Source: Candidatus Latescibacterota bacterium (GTDB lineage: Bacteria; Latescibacterota; UBA2968; GCA-2709665). From it: a stretch of 64,000 nucleotides of DNA. The notes under the pieces are model-generated. The model made no database searches. It had not been told where the DNA came from and worked only from the letters and a program-made list of their open reading frames with translations. The stretch is taken from NCBI GenBank assembly GCA_965208835.1, contig OZ242358.1, positions 3,776,001 to 3,840,000 of the forward strand, in the 5' to 3' direction. Of this stretch, positions 51,107 through 60,534 are shown piece after piece. Positions within the stretch are counted from its first letter, which is position 1. Each line of letters starts with the position of its first letter. A program made the position numbers and the translations under genes.

Positions 51107-51203
51107 GTGACCTGGTGTATCCTGGTAATCCGCCGTTTAATCGCCTTTATTTACAAGCACATATTTGAATTAACGTCCCCGAAGACTTACGAATCAAGGT
51201 TCA
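51107..51203 (+). repeat. Dispersed repeat, family C copy 2
   Basis: Matches 16335-16430; ends just before the AAGGAG RBS of the next gene. Confidence 0.85.
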
Positions 51204-51221
51204 TTGAAAGGAGCCGCTTCA

Positions 51222-52127
51222 ATGTCAAGACCCAGTATCGGATTCATCGGACTCGGGATTATGGGAAATCCCATGTCCAAACACCTGCTCGCGGCCGGTT
51301 ACGACGTGGTCGTGCACAATCGAAGCCGGGGACCCGTCGCCGAACTGGTTGACGCCGGCGCCAGGGAAGCCCATTCACCCAGGGAAGTCGCCGAACAGAG
51401 CACCGTTGTCATCACCATGTTGCCCGACTCGCCGGACGTGGAGGAAGTCGCTCTCGGACCCGGCGGTATCATTGAAGGCGTGAGCCGGAACGACATCTAC
51501 ATCGATATGAGCACGATTGCGCCCACCGTCACCCAGGACGTGGGCCGGGCGATGGCACAAAAAGGTGTTCGCTGCCTGGATGCGCCGGTAAGCGGAGGCG
51601 ATGTCGGCGCGCGGAATGCCACCCTTTCCATCATGGTGGGCGGCGACGAGGATGTATTCAACTCGGTAAAACCCATTTTCGCGGCGATGGGGCAGAATAT
51701 CGTGCTTTGCGGACCCCTCGGCGCAGGACAGACCGTTAAGGCCTGCAACCAGGTCCTCGTTGCCGTAACCATCGCCGGGGTGTCCGAAGCGTTGACACTC
51801 GGCGCCAGGGCGGGCGTCGACCCGGCCAACATCGTGCGTGTCCTGGGCGGGGGCCTCGCCCGGTGCGGCGTCCTCGAAAACCGTGGCGAACGCATGGTCA
51901 ACGGCGATTTCGACCCGGGCTTCCGCATCCGGCTTCACTACAAGGACCTCAACATCATTATGAAAACCGGCAGCGACTATAATGTGCCGCTGCCGGTTAC
52001 GAGCATCGTTCACGAACTGTTCAATCTGGCGATGGCCAGGGACCGGGGCGAACTCGATCACTCCGGACTGTTGACCGTCGTCGAAGACCTCGCCGGCGTG
52101 CAGGCCCGCACGGCCGGCGCAGGTTGA
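51222..52127 (+). CDS. 2-hydroxy-3-oxopropionate (tartronate semialdehyde) reductase-like, 3-hydroxyisobutyrate dehydrogenase family
   Basis: IGLGIMG.PM, MLPDSPDV, DAPVSGG, K.CNQ and PGFRI.LH.KDL. Confidence 0.88.
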   Translation: MSRPSIGFIGLGIMGNPMSKHLLAAGYDVVVHNRSRGPVAELVDAGAREAHSPREVAEQSTVVITMLPDSPDVEEVALGPGGIIEGVSRNDIYIDMSTIAPTVTQDVGRAMAQKGVRCLDAPVSGGDVGARNATLSIMVGGDEDVFNSVKPIFAAMGQNIVLCGPLGAGQTVKACNQVLVAVTIAGVSEALTLGARAGVDPANIVRVLGGGLARCGVLENRGERMVNGDFDPGFRIRLHYKDLNIIMKTGSDYNVPLPVTSIVHELFNLAMARDRGELDHSGLLTVVEDLAGVQARTAGAG

Positions 52128-52137
52128 CTCGCCAAAA

Positions 52138-52297
52138 CAGTCCGTTGATAAAGTCGCTCTGCAGGCGAGGCCGAGCCATTGTGGTCGAAGACAAGGCGCG
52201 CAACCGAGTCCCATCGAGCGATTCGGCGAGGGCGCGCAACGCAGTATTTCGACCGCAAGGGCCGGCCATAGCCCGGATGGGCTTTTTCAACGGGCTG
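52138..52297 (+). mobile_element. MITE-like element, family A, between convergent genes
   Basis: Near-identical to 17997-18156; its right end abuts the TAA stop of the nitroreductase. Confidence 0.85.
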
Positions 52298-52867
52298 TTA
52301 CTCCGTCCAGCGCATCACGTCGTCCAGCGGCTTGCGTCTGGGTTTCGGGATCTCGCTCGGATACCCTGTATAGAAGAATCCGATGATATACTCCCGGTCC
52401 TGATCCACGCCGAGCAACTCGTAGGTTTCCTCCTGCATGGTAATGGGACCGGTACTCCATTGCATTCCAACGCCCAGCTCCCACGCCGCGAGCTGCACAT
52501 TCTGCATGGCGCAGCAGACCGCCGCGTAGTCCTCCCGCTGCTGCTGCTCATCTCCTTCCTGAACGCAGGATACGGCGACGATTGTGGGTTTGGACATGAA
52601 CTTGTCGTAACCCGCCTGCCACAGCTTCCTGCGGCTTTCGCCGTCGGCACGGTCTGACGCCTTGCCTTCCTGGATGTCCGCATATCGCTGCCCCAGCGTC
52701 TCTTTCGTGCGCTCCCCCAGAACGACAAACCGCCACGGCTCCGTGACGTGGTGATTCGGCGCCCACACGCCGAACTCGAAAATGCGTTTCAGCATCTCGC
52801 CGGAAACGGGCCTTGAGTTGAATTTAAAAATCGTCCTCCGCGCTTTCAGCACATCCAGAACATCCAT
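52298..52867 (-). CDS. Nitroreductase (YdjA-like)
   Basis: RRTI..F, WAPNHH.TEPWRF and QN..LAAW..G.G..WST. Confidence 0.9.
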   Translation of the reverse strand: MDVLDVLKARRTIFKFNSRPVSGEMLKRIFEFGVWAPNHHVTEPWRFVVLGERTKETLGQRYADIQEGKASDRADGESRRKLWQAGYDKFMSKPTIVAVSCVQEGDEQQQREDYAAVCCAMQNVQLAAWELGVGMQWSTGPITMQEETYELLGVDQDREYIIGFFYTGYPSEIPKPRRKPLDDVMRWTE

Positions 52868-52944
52868 TCCGACCCTCCAGAAAATGGCGGTACACGGCAG
52901 CGACGCGGATAGCGTTCATCCCTGAGCAGCCGGTGTCTCCACTG

Positions 52945-54198
52945 TCATACCCTTTGCCCCAGCAACGCCTCCGTGACCTTCCGCACCGCACGGACAGCCG
53001 CGTTCGCCTCACCCACGGTATTGTGCTGGGTCAACCGGACGGCGCCGACGCGTTCTCCACAGGTCCTGGCGTTCGGACACGCCTCGAGCGGATACGCACC
53101 CTTCTCGAGACGGCCGGGCCGGTAGCTGTTGAACGCCGCCGGATCCCTGTGCAGCCTCCTGAAAACCTGCCATTCGACCACGTACTGCTGTGGTTTGGGG
53201 AATGCCGGTATGCCTTCCGCCGCGACCATCCGGCAAAACGCCGCCGCATTCACCCCGAGCACCTCCGGATCTACCGAAAACAGCGCCCACCAGTAGCTGG
53301 GCTTCGTCCCCGGCGGCTGCGGATGGGGCTTCACGCCCGGCAAACCGGATATCCCCCGATCGAACGTCTCGCCGAACGCCTGGCGCCTGGCGATCCACCC
53401 CGGCACCCGCTTGAGTTGCACCGATGCCAGGGCGGCGTTGACGTCGCTCAGCCGCACGTTCAAAGCCGGGAAGGCGGGCGTTGCCGGCGCACCTGGAAAC
53501 CTCGGATAGCATTTGTCGGAAAACAAATCGGCCTTTTCGGCCAACCTGCGACTTCGGGTCAGAACAAACCCGCCTTCGCCCGACTTCATGTGTTTGCTTT
53601 CGTTTGTACTCCACGCGCCAAGTTGCCCGAATGTGCCGAGATACCTGCCCTTGATGGACGCGAGATGCGCCTGCGCACAATCTTCGATCACGGTCAATCG
53701 AAGCCTGCGGGCGACCCTCATGACCGCGGGCATATCCACCGCGTATCCCCCGTTGTGTATCGGCATAATCGCCCGGGTGGACGGCGTGATTGCGGCTTCC
53801 ATCGCCCCCACGTCCATCAGAAGACCGTCCGGCTGCACGTCGGCAAAGACGGGAATCGCGTTCAGCTGGAAAATCCCCATGATACTGCCGTAGTCAGTCA
53901 GGGGGCTCAAGACGACCTCGTCCCCCGCGCCGATACCCGCTGCGGCCAAAGCCACGTGAATGGCCGCGCTCCCGGAACTCGTCGGCACGGCATATGGCAA
54001 CCCGTAGAGCTTCTGCAGACCCTCGCGATACGCCATGACGGCCTTGCCACGAGCCAGCGGCAGCGCCGGTCCATCGAGCAGCTTCTCCAGCGCGGCCAGT
54101 TCCTCCCTGAAGTGAAACGCTCCCGAACGCCATGGCTTGCTGTGTACCGGCCGTCCGCCGTCAACCGCCAGATCGGACTTCCTCGTGACCTTTGCCAA
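52945..54198 (-). CDS. DegT/DnrJ/EryC1/StrS PLP-dependent aminotransferase
   Basis: SSGSAAIH, IEDCAQAH and S.NESKHM..GEGG. Confidence 0.9.
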   Translation of the reverse strand: MAKVTRKSDLAVDGGRPVHSKPWRSGAFHFREELAALEKLLDGPALPLARGKAVMAYREGLQKLYGLPYAVPTSSGSAAIHVALAAAGIGAGDEVVLSPLTDYGSIMGIFQLNAIPVFADVQPDGLLMDVGAMEAAITPSTRAIMPIHNGGYAVDMPAVMRVARRLRLTVIEDCAQAHLASIKGRYLGTFGQLGAWSTNESKHMKSGEGGFVLTRSRRLAEKADLFSDKCYPRFPGAPATPAFPALNVRLSDVNAALASVQLKRVPGWIARRQAFGETFDRGISGLPGVKPHPQPPGTKPSYWWALFSVDPEVLGVNAAAFCRMVAAEGIPAFPKPQQYVVEWQVFRRLHRDPAAFNSYRPGRLEKGAYPLEACPNARTCGERVGAVRLTQHNTVGEANAAVRAVRKVTEALLGQRV

Positions 54199-54255
54199 AC
54201 GACCCTCCTTGATTGTGGTAACTCACTGCCGTCGGGGACGAAGACCCCCCGACGG

Positions 54256-55362
54256 CTATGTGTTTCCCGATACGGCGTGTTCTTCCAGTACATCCCGGTC
54301 GATCTCGATTCCAAGCCCCGGAGACTGTAACACCGGCACGTCCCCGTCCACTGCCTTGATCGGCTCTCTGGCGAGTTCGGTGCGGAGCCGGTTCTCGGTC
54401 ATGTCGAATTCAAATAACGAAGGAAACGGATTCAGTGTTTCGGGCGAGTCGGGGAGGGTTGCCTGCCAGTGAATCGTAGCGGCCAGGCGAATGCTGGTTC
54501 CCCACATGTGAGGCAGCACTCGCACGTGGTTGGCGCTTGCGAGCGCGGCAACTTTCCGGCACTCGGTGAATCCGCCGGCGTCGCTGATGTCCGGTTGCAC
54601 AATATCCAGCCCGCGATCCTGGATCAGGTTGCGGAACGCCCATCTTCCCTGGAGCGCCTCGCCGCCGGCAACGCGCACGCCCAACGTCTGACGGATCTCG
54701 CGGTAGCCTGCAATGTCGTCGGTTGAGATCGGTTCCTCGAACCACAGCAGATCGTTTTCCAGCAGGCGACGACCGACGTGGATCGCCGTACCGGTATCAT
54801 AGCCGCAGTTGGCATCCACCGCAAGCAGGGTCGAATCGCCGATCGCCCCTCGCACCGCGGCCGTGTTCCTGACGTCGTAGTCCACGCCGAATCCGATTTT
54901 CATCTTCACCGCCCGGAACCCCATATCCACGTACGACGCCGCCTCTTCCGCCAACGTCCGGGTCATATCGGCCTGACGCTGCAGGAACAACCCGCTGGCG
55001 TACGCGGGAATCCTCTCCCGGAACGCGCCGCCCAGGAGCCTGTAGACGGGCATTTCGAGCGTCCTGCCCACGATATCCCACAGCGCGATATCCACGGCGC
55101 TCAGCTCCGAAAAGCCCACGCCGCCCCGCAGATACAGGTCGTTCCAGATAACTTCGACGTCAAACGGATCCCGGCCCACGAGCCTCGCCCGCAATGCCGA
55201 TTCGTTCAGACTCGAGACCCCTTCGCCCCAACCCGTCACGCCCGCGTCGGTAATGACCTCCACCACACCCGCCGTCCTCGCGGTATTCCAGACAATGGAA
55301 TTCGCAAAAGGCGCCTTCAGGGGGTAACTCAGATTGTAGACTTTGATGTCGGTGATCTTCAT
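54256..55362 (-). CDS. Mandelate racemase/muconate lactonizing enzyme family protein
   Basis: VDIALWD, KMK, VDAN, WFEEP, GE and QPD. Confidence 0.92.
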   Translation of the reverse strand: MKITDIKVYNLSYPLKAPFANSIVWNTARTAGVVEVITDAGVTGWGEGVSSLNESALRARLVGRDPFDVEVIWNDLYLRGGVGFSELSAVDIALWDIVGRTLEMPVYRLLGGAFRERIPAYASGLFLQRQADMTRTLAEEAASYVDMGFRAVKMKIGFGVDYDVRNTAAVRGAIGDSTLLAVDANCGYDTGTAIHVGRRLLENDLLWFEEPISTDDIAGYREIRQTLGVRVAGGEALQGRWAFRNLIQDRGLDIVQPDISDAGGFTECRKVAALASANHVRVLPHMWGTSIRLAATIHWQATLPDSPETLNPFPSLFEFDMTENRLRTELAREPIKAVDGDVPVLQSPGLGIEIDRDVLEEHAVSGNT

Positions 55363-55488
55363 TTTGCTTCACTGACCGGCTTTAAGCCGAAGCCCGCCGG
55401 CGGCTGTACTCCACCGCCTCAGGAAACGCGGCGCCGGATGTTCGGCCTCCATAACGTTTACGCACGACGGGACGCGGGCGAGGCGCCT

Positions 55489-56379
55489 CTATCCTCTCCC
55501 GGGAAACGTCAATTCGGCGACCCCGGACTTGTCCAATTCGCCCTTGCCGATTTCGATCATACGGTCGTACTGCTTTTTCGTGGCATCGGCAAGCGGCAGA
55601 TTCAAACCGGCATCATGGGCCAGGCCCAGGGCGATACCTGAATCTTTGGCGGCGTGCGCAGAGGAAAAGTAACACTCGTGGTCCCGCGCCACCATGTCCT
55701 CTCCGTCTGTTTCGAGAACGCGGGAGTTGGCGCCCGTCTGCGAGAACACCTGTTGCAACATCTCCAGATCGAGGCCCAGGGCCGCCCCAAGCCCGAGTCC
55801 CTCCGCCAGGCCTGCCGTATTTATATTCATCACCATATTGACGAGCGCCTTGACCTGAGCCGCCTGTCCGGCCTGGCCAATGTACTTTAAATCCGTGCTC
55901 ATCGAATCCAGAATCGGGCGCACGTCGTCGAACACTTCCTTCCTGCCTCCGCACATGAGATAGAGCGTGCCTTCCCGGGCCTGTGTGATACTGCTTGCCA
56001 TACACCCTTCCAGGCTTCTTGCGCCCGCCGCCTCCGCCAGCGCCTGGACGTCGACGTGTACCTGCGGGGCGATTGTAGCGCAATTGATGAAGACCCTTCC
56101 GGCTGCGTCGGAAAGCAGACTGTCGCCTTCGGTTGAAAATACCGTTCGCATCGCTTCGTCGTCGGTGACGACCGTGATAATCTGATCCGCGGCAGCAGTC
56201 ACGCACGCCAGCGAGTCGGATGCATCACAACCGAGTTCACGCGCCAATTCGGCCGCGGAATCCGATCGGACATCGTATACTGAAGTCACGATGAATCCGT
56301 CGTCCTTCAGATGCCTTGCTATATTCGCGCCCATACGCCCCACGCCCACCACGCCGATTCTGAAATCTGAAGTCTCCAT
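55489..56379 (-). CDS. NAD(P)-dependent 3-hydroxyisobutyrate dehydrogenase-family oxidoreductase
   Basis: VGVGRMG, MASSITQAREG, VKALVN and HAAKDS; GGAGG RBS. Confidence 0.88.
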   Translation of the reverse strand: METSDFRIGVVGVGRMGANIARHLKDDGFIVTSVYDVRSDSAAELARELGCDASDSLACVTAAADQIITVVTDDEAMRTVFSTEGDSLLSDAAGRVFINCATIAPQVHVDVQALAEAAGARSLEGCMASSITQAREGTLYLMCGGRKEVFDDVRPILDSMSTDLKYIGQAGQAAQVKALVNMVMNINTAGLAEGLGLGAALGLDLEMLQQVFSQTGANSRVLETDGEDMVARDHECYFSSAHAAKDSGIALGLAHDAGLNLPLADATKKQYDRMIEIGKGELDKSGVAELTFPGRG

Positions 56380-56397
56380 GTTGTCCTCCGGCATACA

Positions 56398-56454
56398 AAG
56401 AAAGAGCGTTCAACTGCCGGCGCTCGTTCCAGCGCGGCCAGCGGTCGAACGCTC
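56398..56454 (-). terminator. Possible intrinsic terminator after the DUF5069-like gene
   Basis: Stem GAGCGTTC...GAACGCTC followed by TTTCTTTG on the minus strand. Confidence 0.45.
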
Positions 56455-56467
56455 CATTCGGAACAAC

Positions 56468-56902
56468 CTACAGGCTATTGTGGAATTCCGTCCAATCGTC
56501 GAGATTGTTCAGATTTACGGCGTCCAGAATCGATCCGTCGTCGTCCACTCCGGCCGCCGACAGAATCGAGCCGCGCGTTTCGTCGTCGTGGTGATATCCC
56601 AGAATGGCCGCGTTGGAAGCGTCGATCTCGTCCTGCGGTATGCTGCCGCCGCGCTGACTCACCACCCAGTTTTCGAAGTCGATATACGTCGGCAGGTTGC
56701 TTTTTACGTAGTCAACCGCCGCATCCCGATCGACTTTCAACCCGTCGAGCACCATCTGGTCGTAACCGGCGCCGCATTCAGGATAGTCTTCCGCCAGCTG
56801 TCCCTTTGCGGAAAGCGTCAGCTTTAACCACAACCTGGGCAGGTGGATGGCGCCGAGAGGTCCCGCGACACCGGAGCTGATAAGGGGAATCGTGCCTGCC
56901 AT
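56468..56902 (-). CDS. DUF5069-like protein
   Basis: GPLG..HLPRLW.K, G.L..DY and LNNLDDW; AAGGAG RBS. Confidence 0.7.
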   Translation of the reverse strand: MAGTIPLISSGVAGPLGAIHLPRLWLKLTLSAKGQLAEDYPECGAGYDQMVLDGLKVDRDAAVDYVKSNLPTYIDFENWVVSQRGGSIPQDEIDASNAAILGYHHDDETRGSILSAAGVDDDGSILDAVNLNNLDDWTEFHNSL

Positions 56903-57119
56903 CGTGTGTCTCCTTCTGAAGTTGGGGAGTTTGATGAGATGGAAAACGCTTCACCGATGCACCCCCGTTCACCGGCCTGATTTCCAGAATAAATGTACAG
57001 GATGCAACACCTGTCAACAGGAAAAACACCGGACGCGGGTCCTCGCCTGATCCGGTCGGGCCGGGAGGCAGCGCGTACAAACCAGGCGCGCCAGACGTGA
57101 ACCGCATTGCGAACACAGT

Positions 57120-57166
57120 ACACAGGACGGGCGGATGAGATCGTCGCTCATCCGCCCGTCCTGTGT
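57120..57166. repeat. Perfect 20-bp inverted repeat
   Basis: ACACAGGACGGGCGGATGAG-7nt-CTCATCCGCCCGTCCTGTGT, 10 bp downstream of the DUF151-UVR stop; no U-tract. Confidence 0.75.
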
Positions 57167-57175
57167 CCGGCATTT

Positions 57176-57847
57176 TCACGCTTCCCGGCTGTTTTCCAAT
57201 CGGTCGATTTCGTCCCGCAGCCTGCCGGCCTCTTCGTAACGTTCCTGGCGGCTGGCCTGTTCCATCTTGCGGCGGAGATCGTTGATCCGCATCTCAACCG
57301 GGTCTCCGGCATCCGCTGTCCCGCTCTTGGGAACTTCCGCGACCGTCATTACGGCCTCTTCCTTGTCCTCGACAAGCTTGGGCGGCGTCCAGGCTTCGAT
57401 CGTTTCCGGCTCCTCGGCGCCGACGCCAGGCCGGTCTTCGTGACCGGCTTCGGTGATAACAGCCTCCGATACGTAGATAGGCGCTTCGTAACGCAGCGCC
57501 AGGGCAACACAATCGCTCGGACGTGCGTCGACCCGCCAGCGCTTCGCGCCGCTTGCGAGCGCCAGCTCCGCGTAGAAGATGCCCTCTTTCAACGCCACAA
57601 TGTAGACGCCTTCTATTGTGGTGTCGAGCTGACCCAGAATGGACCGGACCAGGTCGTGAGTAAGCGGGCGCGGCGGGCGCTCGTTCGTCAGTTCGGCGTA
57701 GATGGCGCTGGCCTCCATCAGCCCGATCACGATCGGCAGCAGCACGTTTTGCTCGCTGTTGCAAAGCCAGATCATACGCGGTTGGGATACCTGTACAGGT
57801 CGCAGCGCGTTCAACGTGCGTTCAATGTCGATCCTGACTTCAACCAT
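57176..57847 (-). CDS. Bifunctional nuclease (DUF151) with a C-terminal UVR domain
   Basis: LPIVIG..EA, PRPLTHDL and DARPSD; C-terminal ERYEEAGRLRDEI. Confidence 0.92.
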   Translation of the reverse strand: MVEVRIDIERTLNALRPVQVSQPRMIWLCNSEQNVLLPIVIGLMEASAIYAELTNERPPRPLTHDLVRSILGQLDTTIEGVYIVALKEGIFYAELALASGAKRWRVDARPSDCVALALRYEAPIYVSEAVITEAGHEDRPGVGAEEPETIEAWTPPKLVEDKEEAVMTVAEVPKSGTADAGDPVEMRINDLRRKMEQASRQERYEEAGRLRDEIDRLENSREA

Positions 57848-57935
57848 CTGCTTCCTCCGGCTTCTCTTTTTTCCCGGAACGCGGTCCGCAATATAAGAAA
57901 GCCGGACTCCCCGGCAAGGTTATTTTTCGTCCTAC

Positions 57936-59237
57936 TTAGACACACTGCGACGCAAACCGTTCCATCTGGCGAATACACACCGCCTCGAGCCGTTCCGCGC
58001 TCCCCGGCGCGACCCGGGACCAGGGTCCGGCAACCACCTCGTAACCACCCTCTTCGTACGCGCTGTGGATCGGGAAATACCCAACCCATCCGTTCGCGTT
58101 GCCCGTTACGAACCAGGCGCCGGCATGTTTGATTGCGAGCCCCGTCTCGACGAACACCTCCCCCGGGAGCGCGACCCAGCGCAGGCGGCCCAGCGCCATG
58201 GCCTGGACCTCGATCTGAAGCGGACCTTCCGCGAGTTTGCGCGCGAGCCGAAACGCCAGGCGGTTTTCGTAGGAAGGATTCCGCGCCGCCGCCTTTTCTG
58301 CGTCCTCCAGCGACGGACATGGCCTCGCGTCCAGCTCCAGTCTTTCCGTGTCGTAGGCCACGTCGGTGGAAGACAGCGGAGGGCCCTTTTTAAGACGGTC
58401 GATCTCTCCGAGCGTGGCTGCACCCAGCGTTCGGCCGATCCAGGACACGTCATCGAAATTGGTCGTCACGCGTATCGAGTTGACGTTCCCGCACGCGCCG
58501 TTGACGAAGAGACACGTCGTGCCGTTGAGGCGCGTTTCCACGGAAGCCGTGAGGGCGCCGGGATAATCCGCCGACACCGGCGGAAGCAGCATGGCCACGA
58601 CGGGATGCGCAGAAAAGTTCACCATCACAGCATGCGGCCTTCCGGTCAAGGCTTCGAGATAGAGTACGTTTAGCGCCTCGTCCACGGCCCAGATTCCAGC
58701 CGCCTCCTCGAGCGGCGGCAGTGCCCCGCCACGGTTCAGTGTGCCGTCTTTCAGGAGAATCCGGCGGTGCCGGGCTACGCCAGGCACCTGTGTCGCCCCA
58801 GCGTAGGCCCTGACCGCCGTCCGCTTTTCCCACGCTTCGGTTACCGTGGACGCCAGCGTCTCCAGGTGTGCCTCCAGCCAGTCCTGAATTCCCTCCGTAT
58901 CCCGGAACGGCGTCAGCCCCAACATCTCGGGCGTGGAGTGGGAATGGGTGGCAGACAGCATCACCCCTTCCGGTGCAAGGCCGGTCCGGCTGGCAATCCG
59001 AGAACGCAACTCCGCCGTAAAGTTCCGATCCGGACCCAGAATCGCGTTGTCGTATCCGACCGAGTCCACCGCCAGCACAGCAATCGACCTGCGGCCGTCG
59101 TCGAGCACCAGCGCCCTGGCGTACAGGTCGTCGTGGACACCGTCGAATGGCTCGCAGGTGCCGTTCCCGGACGACGTCAGATACGGCACCCAGGTGGGGG
59201 GCGTAACACACCGCTTTACCGCGCCTGCCATCAGCAT
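57936..59237 (-). CDS. Neutral/alkaline ceramidase-like hydrolase
   Basis: HDDLYARAL, SATHSHSTP, NFSAHP, SADYPG, PGEVF and GYFP....EGGYE. Confidence 0.75.
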   Translation of the reverse strand: MLMAGAVKRCVTPPTWVPYLTSSGNGTCEPFDGVHDDLYARALVLDDGRRSIAVLAVDSVGYDNAILGPDRNFTAELRSRIASRTGLAPEGVMLSATHSHSTPEMLGLTPFRDTEGIQDWLEAHLETLASTVTEAWEKRTAVRAYAGATQVPGVARHRRILLKDGTLNRGGALPPLEEAAGIWAVDEALNVLYLEALTGRPHAVMVNFSAHPVVAMLLPPVSADYPGALTASVETRLNGTTCLFVNGACGNVNSIRVTTNFDDVSWIGRTLGAATLGEIDRLKKGPPLSSTDVAYDTERLELDARPCPSLEDAEKAAARNPSYENRLAFRLARKLAEGPLQIEVQAMALGRLRWVALPGEVFVETGLAIKHAGAWFVTGNANGWVGYFPIHSAYEEGGYEVVAGPWSRVAPGSAERLEAVCIRQMERFASQCV

Positions 59238-59261
59238 TCTACATATTCCTCCATTCCCGGG

Positions 59262-59290
59262 TTGACACGGGCAGTACCCGCGGCTAAATT
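59262..59290 (+). promoter_or_regulatory. Sigma70-type promoter
   Basis: TTGACA-17bp-TAAATT, 30 bp upstream of ATG 59321. Confidence 0.6.
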
Positions 59291-59320
59291 ACGCCCACAT
59301 CCGCCAGAAGAGGAAATCCG

Positions 59321-60145
59321 ATGAAACTCTCGCTCTCCGTTCGGGTTGCAGAAAGCTTCAGCAACAAACGTGTTGTCGACATACCGCTGCCCACGCTCGC
59401 GGCCATCGCCAGAAAAGCCGGATACGACGCGCTGTGCATGCGCGCTTCGGCTGTTGGCATACAGAGCGCTCCGGAAACGGTGGAATCTGCACGCACACTT
59501 CTTGGCCGGGAAGGCCTTGCAGTCTCAATGGTCACCGGCGACTTTGCCGTTCCCGAAAACGGCGACGACGGCCCGGGTTGCCTGCGGGACATCACGCCGT
59601 ACCTCGACCTGGCGCAGGCCCTCGGATCCGATCTGATCCGCGTCTGCATCAAGACCGAGGCCGACATCCCGTTTGCGGGAAAATCGGCCGATGAGGCCGC
59701 CGACCGGAATATCCGCCTGGCCCACCAGAGCCATACGCTCAGCCTGTTCGAGACCGTTGATGGCTCGCTGGATGTCCTTGGAAAGATAGGCAGATCCAAC
59801 TTCGGACTGATCTACGAGCCTGCCAACCTCGCCCTCTGCGGAGAAGATTACGGACCGGAGACGTTACGAAGATTTCAGCCGTACCTGTTCAATGTCTACC
59901 TGCAGAACCACGCGCCCCACCCCGATGGCGACCGGCCGATGACCACCTGGGCCAACGGCACCGTAATGTCAACCCTGCGTCCTCTGGATGCCGCGGAAGG
60001 CATCGACTTCGGCCGGGTCTTCGAAGGGCTGCGGGCCATCTCCTACAGCGGGTACGTCACGGTCCACCAGGCGTTCGGCGGACGCCTTCCCCCGGACGAA
60101 GCGGCTATCCGCTCCGCAAGATTCCTCAAGTCGTTCGCCGTCTGA
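59321..60145 (+). CDS. Sugar phosphate isomerase/epimerase (xylose isomerase-like TIM barrel)
   Basis: AGYDAL, N.GLIYEPAN and YSGYVTVH; metal ligands partly substituted. Confidence 0.75.
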   Translation: MKLSLSVRVAESFSNKRVVDIPLPTLAAIARKAGYDALCMRASAVGIQSAPETVESARTLLGREGLAVSMVTGDFAVPENGDDGPGCLRDITPYLDLAQALGSDLIRVCIKTEADIPFAGKSADEAADRNIRLAHQSHTLSLFETVDGSLDVLGKIGRSNFGLIYEPANLALCGEDYGPETLRRFQPYLFNVYLQNHAPHPDGDRPMTTWANGTVMSTLRPLDAAEGIDFGRVFEGLRAISYSGYVTVHQAFGGRLPPDEAAIRSARFLKSFAV

Positions 60146-60179
60146 CAGGTTGCAGCGGGATATTGCCGCGGATGCAGTA

Positions 60180-60524
60180 TCAGGCGTCTCGCTCACGGCT
60201 GTATTCCGCGGTGATTTCGTGTTCGATCCCGCCCCTGACGTTGAACCGACCGACCACCAACATTTCCACGGGCGAACACGCCCGAACCAGGTCATCCAGA
60301 ATCCGGTTCGTCACCTCTTCGAAAAACGCTCCCGTATCGCGAAACGACCTGAGGTAGTGCTTGAGCGACTTGAGCTCCACGCATTTCGCGCACGGAATGT
60401 AACGGACGACGATCGTGGCAAAGTCGGGCTGCCCTGTAAGCGGACACAGCGACGTGAACTCCCGGCACGTAAATTCGATCGTGTACCGCCTTTCCGGGCG
60501 CGGATTCTCGAAGACCTCCAGCAT
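60180..60524 (-). CDS. queF: preQ1 synthase (7-cyano-7-deazaguanine reductase), unimodular
   Basis: [15 protein letters not shown] with catalytic Cys and Asp, QueF motif [11 protein letters not shown] and RGGI. Confidence 0.9.
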   Translation of the reverse strand: MLEVFENPRPERRYTIEFTCREFTSLCPLTGQPDFATIVVRYIPCAKCVELKSLKHYLRSFRDTGAFFEEVTNRILDDLVRACSPVEMLVVGRFNVRGGIEHEITAEYSRERDA

Positions 60525-60534
60525 TTCGCTCGCC

